From Phormidesmis sp. (lineage in GTDB: Bacteria > Cyanobacteriota > Cyanobacteriia > Leptolyngbyales > Leptolyngbyaceae), in contig CBDFJR010000005.1 of assembly GCA_965248535.1 (NCBI GenBank), positions 2,016,001-2,080,000 on the forward strand: DNA of 64,000 nt, in the 5' to 3' direction. Under the pieces are notes generated by a model. It ran no database searches. It saw only the letters and a program-made list of their open reading frames with translations, and was not told the DNA's origin. Positions 29,766 through 38,962 of this stretch are shown here, one piece after another. Position 1 is the stretch's first letter, and each line of letters starts with the position of its first letter. Position numbers and translations under genes: made by a program.

Positions 29766-31133
29766 ATGCCTTTGGATTATTTGACCGAAATTTATAGCTC
29801 ATTTGAGCCATTTCAGCCGCCACCCAGAGAAGCCTATGTCGATTGCCAGGAAGTGCGCGGAGGCTGGGAAGTGGTGCGTGAGTTGGGACGAAAGATTGCT
29901 CGATCGAAACAACCAACCTGTCAGCTTTATTCTGGGCATCGCGGCGTGGGCAAATCGACAGAGCTGCTGCGACTGCGAGAATATCTAGAAGCAGAAAAGT
30001 TTAAGGTGGTTTATTTTGCGGCAGACGATGAAGATATTGAGCCGCAGGATACTGAATATGTGGATATTTTGTTTGCTTGTGTGCGGCATCTGGTGCGCGA
30101 TGTGCAAATTCCTGAAGACCGAAACCCTCTCGTTAAGTGGATGAAGTCTCGCTGGCAGTGGCTCAAAGATTTTGCCCTGACAGACTACGAGTTTGCGGAT
30201 TTGAAGCTAGAGCAGCAGATCAGTCAGTTTGCCAAAATCAGCGCCAATCTGCGGGCAGTGCCTGACAAACGGCGAGAGTTCCGACAAAAGCTAAACACAA
30301 ATACTCAATCGCTGGTGGATGCGTTGAATGAGTTTATTGGTGAAGCAAAGTCGGTGCTTCCCAAAGACTGCAAAGGGGTCGTGCTGATGGCAGACAACTT
30401 AGATCGGATCGTGGAAATTAAGGAATCAGCGACGAAGCCGAGCAACTATGAGGAGATCTATCTGAGTCGCAGTGAGATCTTGCGGGGGTTGGCGTGTCAT
30501 GTGATCTACACAATTCCGATTTCGATGGTGTATTCCGATCGCAGCACTCAGCTAGAAGACAACTACGATAAGCCAGATGTGTTGCCGATGGTGATGGTGA
30601 AAAACCCGGATGGCACTGAGAACCAGAAGGGGTTAGAGAAGCTGCGAGAGTTGATTATGCGGCGCATGGTGTTGACTGACCCAAATTTGATGCAAACGCT
30701 GGAGGGCAGGGTCGAAGGGTTAAAAACGCCTCCTGTGTTTGATAGCCCAGAGACGCTAAGGCTGTTGTGTTTGATGAGTGGGGGTCATGTGCGAAATTTG
30801 ATGCAGATGATCCAAAAGGCGATCGACTGGACGGATGAGTTGCCGATCACGGCGAAGGCGGCGAAACGGGCGATCGATGAGACGCGAGAAACCTATAATC
30901 GGGCGATTCAAGAGCATCAGTGGGAGCTTTTGGCGCAGGCTTGCACGGTGCGGCAGCGTGAGAATGATGTCGAGCATATGCGGCTAATGCTGAATCGCTG
31001 TTTGCTGGAATATCGCTATTATGATCAGCAGGATGAGCTACAAGTTTGGTGCAATGTGCATCCTTTGATTGAGGGAATTCCAAGGTTTCAGGATGCGTTG
31101 AAAAAGGTGCGGGTTGCCCATGAATCTGGCTGA
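29766..31133 (+). CDS. P-loop (STAND/KAP-like) ATPase
   Basis: Walker A GHRGVGKSTE, Walker B VLMADNLD, SGGHVR, VHPL. Confidence 0.88.
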   Translation: MPLDYLTEIYSSFEPFQPPPREAYVDCQEVRGGWEVVRELGRKIARSKQPTCQLYSGHRGVGKSTELLRLREYLEAEKFKVVYFAADDEDIEPQDTEYVDILFACVRHLVRDVQIPEDRNPLVKWMKSRWQWLKDFALTDYEFADLKLEQQISQFAKISANLRAVPDKRREFRQKLNTNTQSLVDALNEFIGEAKSVLPKDCKGVVLMADNLDRIVEIKESATKPSNYEEIYLSRSEILRGLACHVIYTIPISMVYSDRSTQLEDNYDKPDVLPMVMVKNPDGTENQKGLEKLRELIMRRMVLTDPNLMQTLEGRVEGLKTPPVFDSPETLRLLCLMSGGHVRNLMQMIQKAIDWTDELPITAKAAKRAIDETRETYNRAIQEHQWELLAQACTVRQRENDVEHMRLMLNRCLLEYRYYDQQDELQVWCNVHPLIEGIPRFQDALKKVRVAHESG

Positions 31134-32987
31134 ACTGAGTCAAAAGTCGCCTTCTGAGGAAGAGGTTTATCAGGCTTTGCGGCGATCGCTGCAACGGCGC
31201 AAAGGCTTTGGCATTGTGTTTGTGCAATGTTCACCTGCGACGGCGACTCGTCTGATTGCCAAAGTGAAATCTGACATTTCTCAGAAGAAAATTGCGGTGT
31301 TGTCGCTGACAGAGCCGATCGACAATTTATACAACATAGTAGAGGCTCGACCCGACAAAGATGAGTTGAATATTTTGATTATTCAAGGGCTAGAGAAGTC
31401 TTTGGAGCCTCACATTGCACCAGGTTATGGCGGTGAAGGCGACTACTATAGTCTCAGCAATCTGCCGCCCATTCTTGGACACTTAAACCAGCGTCGAGAC
31501 GGGTTCCTCGATCGGTTTCCTCATCTCTGTTTTGTGTTTGTTCTGCCGTTGTTTGCGATTAAATATTTGATTCAGCGATCGCCTGATTTCTTTGATTGGG
31601 GTGGTGGCGTATTTGAGTTTTCCGATTTGGAAGAACGATTAGTTTCAGATGGTCACAACAATTCAGTAAGCTACGAAAATTCAGGGAGCTACCAATCTCA
31701 GAGACACAATCGACTATGGCAAATTCTTACAACCCCAATTGAACAACTAGATTTTGGCGCACCTATCAGATACCTGAGAAGCTTACGATGGTTCATGCAA
31801 GCTCAACTGTTGTATGAAACAGGACACTACGAGGAGGCGATCGCCAGCTATGACCAAGCCCTGAAACTCAAACCAGATGACGATGAAGCCTGGAACAATC
31901 GCGGCAATGCCCTGGCTAAGTTACAACGCTACGAAGAAGCGATCGCTAGCTTTGACCAAGCATTGAAACATAAGCCGGATGACCATTATGCCTGGGACAA
32001 TCGCGGTTATGCACTGCGTCAGTCAGAACGCTACGAAGAGGCGATCGCTAACTTTGACCAAGCGCTGAAATACAAACCGGATGACCATTATGCCTGGTAC
32101 TCTCGCGGCAGTGCACTGACGATTTACAACGCTACGAAGAAGGGATCGCCAGCTATGATGAAGCGCTGAAATACAAACCGAACGACGATGGAGTCTGGAA
32201 GGATCGCGGCAGTGCACTGTTTAGTTTACAACGCTATGAGGAGGCGATCACCAGTGTTGACCAGACACTCAAACTCAAACCGGACGACGATACAGCTTGG
32301 TTCATTCGCGGCAGTGCACTGTTTAGTTTACAACGCTATGAGGAGGCGATCACCAGTGTTGACCAGACACTCAAACTCAAACCGGACGACGGTACAGCTT
32401 GGTTGATTCGCGGTGCTGCACTGGATCATTTAGAACGCTATGAGGAAGCGATCGCCAGCTATGACCAAGCCCTGAAGTACAAACCAGATGACCATTATGC
32501 CTGGTACTATCGCGGCTTTGCACTGCATAAGTTAGAACGCTATGAAGAGGCGATCGCCGGCTATGACCAAGCCCTGAAACACAAACCGGAAGACTATGCA
32601 GCCTGGTACAATCGCGGCAATGCACTGCGTAATTTACAACGCTATGAAGAGGCGATCGCCAGCTATGACCAAGCCCTGAAACACAAACCGGAAGACGATG
32701 CAACCTGGTGCAATCGCGGCAATGCACTGTTTGATTTACAACGCTACGAAGAAGCGATCGCCAGTTATGACCAGGCACTCAAACTTAAACCCGACAACGC
32801 TAATGCAATCTACAACAAAGCTTGTTGTTATGGGTTGCAGGGTCAGGTTGAATTAGCGATAGCCACCCTCAAGCAAGCGATCGACCTCGACCCCAAATAT
32901 CGTGAGATGGCAAAAACCAATGCTGATTTTGATAGGGTTCGCAGCGACGATCGGTTTCAGGCTTTACTCGACGAATCGGTAGAATAA
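31114..32987 (+). CDS. Inactive P-loop domain plus TPR-array protein, interrupted by a 1-nt deletion near 32119
   Basis: ORFs 31114-32169 and 32403-32987 join into one frame if one base is added at GCACTG-AC-GATTTA; nine to ten 34-aa TPRs and a C-terminal YNKACCY cap. Confidence 0.85.
31828..32795 (+). repeat. 102-bp coding tandem repeat array (TPR units)
   Basis: Recurring CGCTAYGARGARGCGATCGC..GACCAAGC..AAACC at a 102-nt period; two adjacent units (about 32204-32403) are nearly identical. Confidence 0.92.
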
Positions 32988-33035
32988 GACAGAGAAGGAG
33001 CGATCGTCGTGGAAGCACTTGCTAAAAATAACGGT

Positions 33036-33260
33036 ATGAACTATCAAAACATCATCACGATCGAACCCGGCAAACGCAGTGGAAAACCTTGCATTCGAGG
33101 AATGCGAATCACCGTTTATGATGTGTTGTCTTATCTCGCTTCAGGCATGACTTACCAGCAAGTTCTCGACGATTTTCCATACCTAACGCAAGAAGACATC
33201 CTAGCCTGTCTGAGCTACGCGGCTGACCGAGAAAGACAGACCCTCGTCGCCCAAGCATGA
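33036..33260 (+). CDS. DUF433 antitoxin
   Basis: ITIEPGKRSGKPCIRGMRITVYDVL..FPYLT.EDI.ACL.YAA. Confidence 0.92.
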   Translation: MNYQNIITIEPGKRSGKPCIRGMRITVYDVLSYLASGMTYQQVLDDFPYLTQEDILACLSYAADRERQTLVAQA

Positions 33261-33589
33261 AACTTTTGTATGACCAAAACCTATCGCCTCGCCTCGTCGA
33301 TCGCCTTGCAGACTTATATCCAAATTCAAGACACGTTTATGAAATTGGGCTTGATCGATCAGACGATTCAATTTTGTGGAATTATGCTCAACAGCATGAC
33401 TTTATCATCGCGACCAGAGACGCAGACTTTAATGATATCAGCCTAATTCGTGGCTTTCCGCCCAAAGTTGTATGGGTTCGTCGGGGAAATTGTTCGACTC
33501 GTGATATCGAAACCATGTTGCGATCGCACTTTGACACAATTCAATCCTTAAATGAAAACCCAAACGCTGGAATGCTGACCTTATTCTGA
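33257..33589 (+). CDS. DUF5615 PIN-like toxin
   Basis: MKLLYDQNLS, TRDADF and PPKVVW motifs; ATGA overlap with the antitoxin gene. Confidence 0.92.
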   Translation: MKLLYDQNLSPRLVDRLADLYPNSRHVYEIGLDRSDDSILWNYAQQHDFIIATRDADFNDISLIRGFPPKVVWVRRGNCSTRDIETMLRSHFDTIQSLNENPNAGMLTLF

Positions 33590-33795
33590 GTAAAAATGCT
33601 CCTTGTTAGACTAGTGGTTGCTTCGTAGTTCCCGAAGGGTAGTCGATTTCAGGCGTTACTCAACGAATCGGTAGAATAAAACAAAGCAGCCCGATCGTCG
33701 TAGAAGCACTCGGAAACTAACGCCTAAAGCTTCGTCCACCAACAGAACCAGTCCACCGAAACTCCACCAACAGAACCAGCTAGGAGAATCAGCAA

Positions 33796-34099
33796 ATGGT
33801 GACAACTCCCAAACAGGTGCTTTCGGTTCCGCCTTTAGAGAACAGCGATCGGCTCACGCGCCACGAGTTTGAGCGGCGATATCAAGCCATGCCACGGGTC
33901 AAAAAAGCTGAACTCATCGAAGGTGTAACCTACATGGCATCCCCGCTTCGCATCAAAAGCCATGGTGAACCTCACGGACTGTTCATGACTTGGCTCGGAA
34001 CCTACAGAGCCTTCACGCCAACCGTAATTTTGGGAGACAATCCCACTGTGCGGCTAGATCCAGACAATGAGCCGCAGCCTGATGCAGTGCTGTGCGTCC
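33796..34099 (+). pseudogene. Uma2-family endonuclease truncated by IS6
   Basis: LENSDRLTRHEFERRY, AELIEG and EPQPD motifs, then the frame runs into the IS6 inverted repeat. Confidence 0.88.
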
Positions 34100-34663
34100 G
34101 GTTCTGTCGCAAAAATTTCAAAGTGATAAGCGAACTGGTCTCGTTCGTATTGCTTTAAGCAATTACCCCAAAGAGTTCGTTGATGAATCTTGCTTGAGAT
34201 GCACCATCCCCTTGGTTGATTCCTTTCACTTGCCCTTTGCGAAGCATCGCCATTGCCTCGATCCCTCGCAATGTTCTGATTGCTGTGTTGAATGACTGAA
34301 CTCCCATCATTGGTTTGACAATTCGTTTGATGTACCGGTGGTCTTGCTCAATCAGGGTGTTCAAATCATCGACTCTCCACGAGTCGTTCGGGGGATTCAA
34401 GAACGGACGCATCCGCTTGTCGAGTTCTGGCGCGAATCGCAGGACTCACCGATTGAGAGTGGAATGATCAACTGCGACTCCGCGCTCCGCCATCATCACC
34501 TCCAAATCTCGGTAGCTCAGGGAATAACGACAATACCACCGCACGTTCAGCAAGATGATTTCAGGCAAGAAGTGCCGCCATTTGAACAGGGAATCAGTCG
34601 TCATTTAGAGCAAGGCTAGAGAAAATTGAGTTTCCACACCCTACTATATTTTGCGACACAACC
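34100..34663 (-). mobile_element. IS6-family element, internally deleted and inactive
   Basis: IRs GGTTCTGTCGCAAAA and TTTTGCGACACAACC; transposase FKWRHF..LSYRDL..DHSTL(stop)..SWRVD joined directly to LNTLIEQDHR. Confidence 0.92.
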
Positions 34664-34775
34664 CAACAAGGAGCGCGCTTTCAAAAAATGCTCGAAGATG
34701 ATAAGGAATAGTCGGCTAGCGCCAGCGTGCAACATCGTCGAGCGTCAACATTAGAATGAGAGAATCGTTATCTAT

Positions 34776-36110
34776 TTGATCGCTGTGGTTTTCAACCGTT
34801 TTACAATTTTTCTGGGTTTAGCTGCCCTGCTGATGTTGCCCGTTGCTGGCTGCTCTAACAGTCCGGTTGGCAAGTCGTTTCAGGGTGCCTTTGAAGCTGA
34901 CCCACGATTAAGAGATAATGCGGCGATCGGGGCCGTGCAAACCCCCCAGCCTAGTCCTGCGGCTCAAACTGATCAGGTGCAGCTACCTGCTAACTTTCCG
35001 GCTGAGATTCCGATCTATCCCACCCGATCGCTGCTCGAAGTTAACCCCAATCAGCCTAATCAAGGGGTGCTGACTCGCTGGAGCAGCCCAGACAAGAGCG
35101 ATCGCATCGTCGCGTTTTATCTGCAAGCTCTGCAAAAAGACGGCTGGAAACTAGACGGACAACCGATCGACAAGATTCAAGGCACCTTTGAAGCCAATCG
35201 AGAAGGACTGCAAGCGATCGTCACCGTTCAGTCTAATAGCCCGCCCGGAAGCAACGCTGGATTTTCGATTCAAACTAGCCGCTCTCAGCCCACGCCAGCC
35301 GCCGCCGCGAGTGGTAGTGTACCCAAGCCTGGTAGTCCTGATTTTATTGGCCCAGTGGCTCAAACAACGGCACCTTCTGCAAACAGCGTGGCTGCTGCGT
35401 CAGGGCCGCAAGCTTTTACGGATTTAGACAAAGCCCCTAAAGAATTAAGTCAATACGCTAAGGATTTAGCCCAGCTAGGAGTTTTATCGATCGCGTCTAA
35501 CAACAAGTCAGGGTCAAGCAAACCTCAGACCTTGTTTGAACCCAACAAATCAATTACTCGCCGAGACTATGCGCGCTGGCTCGTAGCCGCCAACAATCGC
35601 ATCTATACAAGCCGTCCGGCTAGACAAATTCGGTTGGGTGTAGACACCTCGCAGCCTGCTTTTCAAGATGTTTCCCGCACCGATCCTGATTTTCCTGCCA
35701 TTCAGGGGCTAGCAGAGTCGGGGTTAATCTCTAGCGCACTTTCGGGAGACAGCACCACGGTGTTGTTTCGTCCTGATGCGTCTCTGAGCCGTGAAGATTT
35801 AATTTTGTGGAAGCTGCCGATCGACACCCGTCAAACGCTGCCGAGTGCCACGATCGATGCGGTAAGGCAAACCTGGGGCTTTCAAGATGCCGATCGCATT
35901 GACTCAAAAGCGCTGCGGGCAGTGTTGGCAGACTTTCAGAATGGCGATCAAGCCAATATTCGCAGGGCGTTTGGCTACACGACTCTGTTTCAACCTAAGC
36001 GCACGGTGACACGAGCAGAGGCAGCGGCGGTGCTTTGGTATTTTGGTTTTCAAAGCGATGGGTTTTCGGCAACTGAGGCCCTCAAGGGTGGGGGGCGATC
36101 AAATCCTTAG
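34776..36110 (+). CDS. S-layer homology (SLH) domain lipoprotein
   Basis: Lipobox VAGC; SLH motifs FEPNKSITRRDYA, FRPDASLSRE and FQPKRTVTRAEAA. Confidence 0.88.
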   Translation: MIAVVFNRFTIFLGLAALLMLPVAGCSNSPVGKSFQGAFEADPRLRDNAAIGAVQTPQPSPAAQTDQVQLPANFPAEIPIYPTRSLLEVNPNQPNQGVLTRWSSPDKSDRIVAFYLQALQKDGWKLDGQPIDKIQGTFEANREGLQAIVTVQSNSPPGSNAGFSIQTSRSQPTPAAAASGSVPKPGSPDFIGPVAQTTAPSANSVAAASGPQAFTDLDKAPKELSQYAKDLAQLGVLSIASNNKSGSSKPQTLFEPNKSITRRDYARWLVAANNRIYTSRPARQIRLGVDTSQPAFQDVSRTDPDFPAIQGLAESGLISSALSGDSTTVLFRPDASLSREDLILWKLPIDTRQTLPSATIDAVRQTWGFQDADRIDSKALRAVLADFQNGDQANIRRAFGYTTLFQPKRTVTRAEAAAVLWYFGFQSDGFSATEALKGGGRSNP

Positions 36111-36217
36111 AATTTCTAGCCATGCCCTTCCGCAAACTTTGGGTTTCTTAACGGACATTCTGTGGAAATTGAGAGCTAGTTCTGTAGTTACTAGCATCGT
36201 CACTGTGGTTTCTGGTT

Positions 36218-37078
36218 ATGAAGAGAGCACCCTGGATTATTACGATCGCGGTTTCATCGGCGGCGATTTTAGGCGCAGGCATAGCGGCAACGATGCACTC
36301 CAATTCCTCAAGTCAGCCGTCTGCTTCACCCGTTGCGGCTGCTCCTGATGTGTCGTCTCCTGCGCCGAGTGATGCTGCCTCCCCAGAGCCAAGCCCATCG
36401 CCCAAACTGGACGATTTTCCGCATCAGCGCCTTGCCCTCACCGATCGGACTCAGAGCGATCCTGAGTTTGCAAAATTTCGTCAACAGTTGCAGCAAGCGA
36501 TTCAAAAGCGAGATGCAGACTTTGTATCAGCGCTGATTCCACCCAAGGGACTCCCCCTAGGGTTTGGCAAACCCAGCACCGCTAAAGAACTGAAGCTAGA
36601 TGACCCCAAAGCTCTGATTTGGAGCCTTTTAGAAAAAGCAACGGGGTCAAATTGTGGGTTTGCCGACCCCAACGCTGCAACGGCTGCTAAAGGTTGGATT
36701 TGTCCTACGGTGTCGCGTGATTTTTATCAACAATATCCGCCTAAACCTGATGCACCTCCCGGTTTAGACTATGAGTTGTCTAACGTGATTGTGGTGGGCG
36801 ATCGGGTGAATGTCCGCGCCCTTCCCAATCTCAACAGCGACGTGGTGGCTGTGTTGTCTAACGAAGTCGTCAAGTTTGATAAAAAGCGATTTGAAAATAG
36901 CCAAGAAGAGAAAATTAACGCCCGTAACCCCATCAGCGATTGGACTCCGGTTATTTTGCCCAACCGCAAACAGGGGTATGTTTATAATCGCTATGCCTAT
37001 CAGCCGCTAGAAAATAGAGCCATTTTTAAGAAAATTAATGGCAAGTGGCAAATCACCGAAATGCCAGGAGGCGATTAA
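36218..37078 (+). CDS. Exported protein with SH3b-like domain
   Basis: N-terminal TM, Pro/Ser linker, VNVRALP...GYV pattern, ends in GD. Confidence 0.75.
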   Translation: MKRAPWIITIAVSSAAILGAGIAATMHSNSSSQPSASPVAAAPDVSSPAPSDAASPEPSPSPKLDDFPHQRLALTDRTQSDPEFAKFRQQLQQAIQKRDADFVSALIPPKGLPLGFGKPSTAKELKLDDPKALIWSLLEKATGSNCGFADPNAATAAKGWICPTVSRDFYQQYPPKPDAPPGLDYELSNVIVVGDRVNVRALPNLNSDVVAVLSNEVVKFDKKRFENSQEEKINARNPISDWTPVILPNRKQGYVYNRYAYQPLENRAIFKKINGKWQITEMPGGD

Positions 37079-37087
37079 CCCAACCCC

Positions 37088-37774
37088 ATGAAACCCTATC
37101 AGCAGATTCCGATTTTTGAATGTGGTGAAGCGATCGTGGACATTCCCGCTCAGTTTTCGCGGGTGTCTCCTCATCCCTACGAGAAATTGGGTGCGCCTTA
37201 TGAGTCCCGATCTCCGTTTTATCTACGGCAGGGAGTCGTCGATCGTCTCCTCATCGCCCAGCAAATCTTGCAAAAAGATCATCCCCATTGGCGAATTCAG
37301 ATTTTTGATGCTTATCGCCCGGTGGCGGTGCAGCAGTTTATGGTCGATTACACCTTTTTAGAAGTGGCCCAGACCCAAAATTTAGCGCCAGACACGCTCA
37401 GTGATGAGCAGCGTCAAGATCTGTTGCATCAGGTCTACCAGTTTTGGGCAGTTCCCAATCTTGATCCGGCTCTGCCGCCCCCCCACAGCACCGGAGCCGC
37501 GATCGATGTCACGCTAATTGATGAAAGTGGATCGGCGATCGAGATGGGTTCTCCGATCGATGAGATTTCTGAGCGATCGTTTCCTGACCACTTTGCGATC
37601 GATTCCGATTTCTATCAGCGTCGCCAGATTTTGAACTATGCGATGACCACCGCCGGATTCAAACGCCATTGGCATGAATGGTGGCATTTTTCCTACGGCG
37701 ATCAGATTTGGGCGTGGTTGATGAACCAAGAAAAGCCCGATCGCTCTTTTGTGGCGAAATATGGGCGAGTTTGA
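37088..37774 (+). CDS. ddpX: D-Ala-D-Ala dipeptidase (M15, VanX/DdpX family)
   Basis: DAYRP, PHSTGAAIDVTL and EWWHF motifs. Confidence 0.92.
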   Translation: MKPYQQIPIFECGEAIVDIPAQFSRVSPHPYEKLGAPYESRSPFYLRQGVVDRLLIAQQILQKDHPHWRIQIFDAYRPVAVQQFMVDYTFLEVAQTQNLAPDTLSDEQRQDLLHQVYQFWAVPNLDPALPPPHSTGAAIDVTLIDESGSAIEMGSPIDEISERSFPDHFAIDSDFYQRRQILNYAMTTAGFKRHWHEWWHFSYGDQIWAWLMNQEKPDRSFVAKYGRV

Positions 37775-37865
37775 GACCTACAGAATAGAGAAATTGGGTG
37801 ACCTATTGAATAGTTAATAACAGATTCTGAATCCCGATGAACCTTTCATCTAGTGCGATCGCAGT

Positions 37866-38144
37866 TCACGCAGGTTTTTGAGGAGCCAGTTTTTCAGTAA
37901 CCTTTTCTTGTACTTTTCCTTGAAACCCTGCCACCAATTCTTCTACTTCTTGCCGAGATAGCACATCTCCAAATCGATTAGACACTAGCTCTACCAGCGT
38001 TGCAAAATCGCTATTGAAAAGCTCTAGGCGCAGCATTTCTCCAAAACGATTGCCCAGATCTGCGCCTGCACTAATCACGCCACCTGCCTCTTTTTCAATT
38101 TGCGCGAGTTCCCTGGCTTGCGCCTCCGTAAACCTTGAATCCAT
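37866..38144 (-). CDS. Small hypothetical protein downstream of the GNAT gene
   Basis: Clean 92-aa helical ORF 34 nt downstream of the GNAT gene. Confidence 0.75.
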   Translation of the reverse strand: MDSRFTEAQARELAQIEKEAGGVISAGADLGNRFGEMLRLELFNSDFATLVELVSNRFGDVLSRQEVEELVAGFQGKVQEKVTEKLAPQKPA

Positions 38145-38178
38145 AAGTTCTCTTACAATAGACCAATCACACTACACC

Positions 38179-38736
38179 CTACCAATCAAACTCATCTATC
38201 AACGAGAGGCGAGGACGATACCATTCAAAATATCGCAAGTTCTCGTAGTCTTCATCCAGATCGCAGTCTGCCATATTCAACTTTTGGTAAAATGCTTCTG
38301 CCTCTGGCAAGGAATGCACACCCACTAATCCACCGTACCCCAACTCTTCACTTCGGAGTTGAGCAAATCGCATGAGCGTACCTCCCACCGCCCGAAATTC
38401 AATCGGGGTTTGCAAATCTGCTCGATTCCAGGGAGCCGTTGCCAATCGACTCACATAGACAATCCGCCGACTTTGATCAAAGAACGATCGCTTTCCCCTC
38501 GTCCGGATCATCATTAGACCTTGCGTCATTTGCTCATGCTCGATCGCGTATCCTTCTGCTTCACCAATAGACACTAGAATGCGCTGCTTCCATTCCCAAT
38601 CGAAAAATTTATCAGCCGCTTCGACTTGCTGTAGCTGAGATTTCCAGAAGGTTTCGTAATCGTCGAGGTGTTTCTCTGTTAGCGTCACCAGTGACCCTAT
38701 AACGATCGCTCCACTGCTGACTCGAATCAATGGCAC
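38179..38736 (-). CDS. GNAT-fold acetyltransferase-like protein
   Basis: VYVSRLATAPWNR, RAVGGTLM and GLVGVHSLPEAEAFY motifs. Confidence 0.8.
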   Translation of the reverse strand: MPLIRVSSGAIVIGSLVTLTEKHLDDYETFWKSQLQQVEAADKFFDWEWKQRILVSIGEAEGYAIEHEQMTQGLMMIRTRGKRSFFDQSRRIVYVSRLATAPWNRADLQTPIEFRAVGGTLMRFAQLRSEELGYGGLVGVHSLPEAEAFYQKLNMADCDLDEDYENLRYFEWYRPRLSLIDEFDW

Positions 38737-38962
38737 TTATAGGGCACCTCGATTTGGATCGACACAGCAGGCTTTCATACAAACTTCAGCATTGAAATAC
38801 TAACACTGTAGGGATCGCAACTGAATCTCTGGTCAACGAGATCGCGCCACCACTCAATTCATACTCATTCACAGTTGCTTACAAGGCTGATCTTGTTTAA
38901 GTTGCAGATCGTCTGTTAGCATCGTTTAGATTTCGTTCGATCGCTGGGTCGTAAACCACTCA

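Noticed and set aside
32188..32406. 72-aa ORF with a duplicated peptide
   Set aside because: It is an out-of-frame reading of the duplicated TPR units.
31828..32795. CRISPR array or diversity-generating retroelement
   Set aside because: The repeats are in-frame 102-bp coding TPR units without unique spacers; no cas or reverse transcriptase gene and no separate template repeat is visible in the window.
38742..38755. GGGCACCTCGATTT as a left IS5 inverted repeat pairing with 42907-42922 to form a composite transposon around bioA-birA
   Set aside because: The match is short, it coincides with the GAGG ribosome-binding site of the GNAT gene, and no target duplication is evident.
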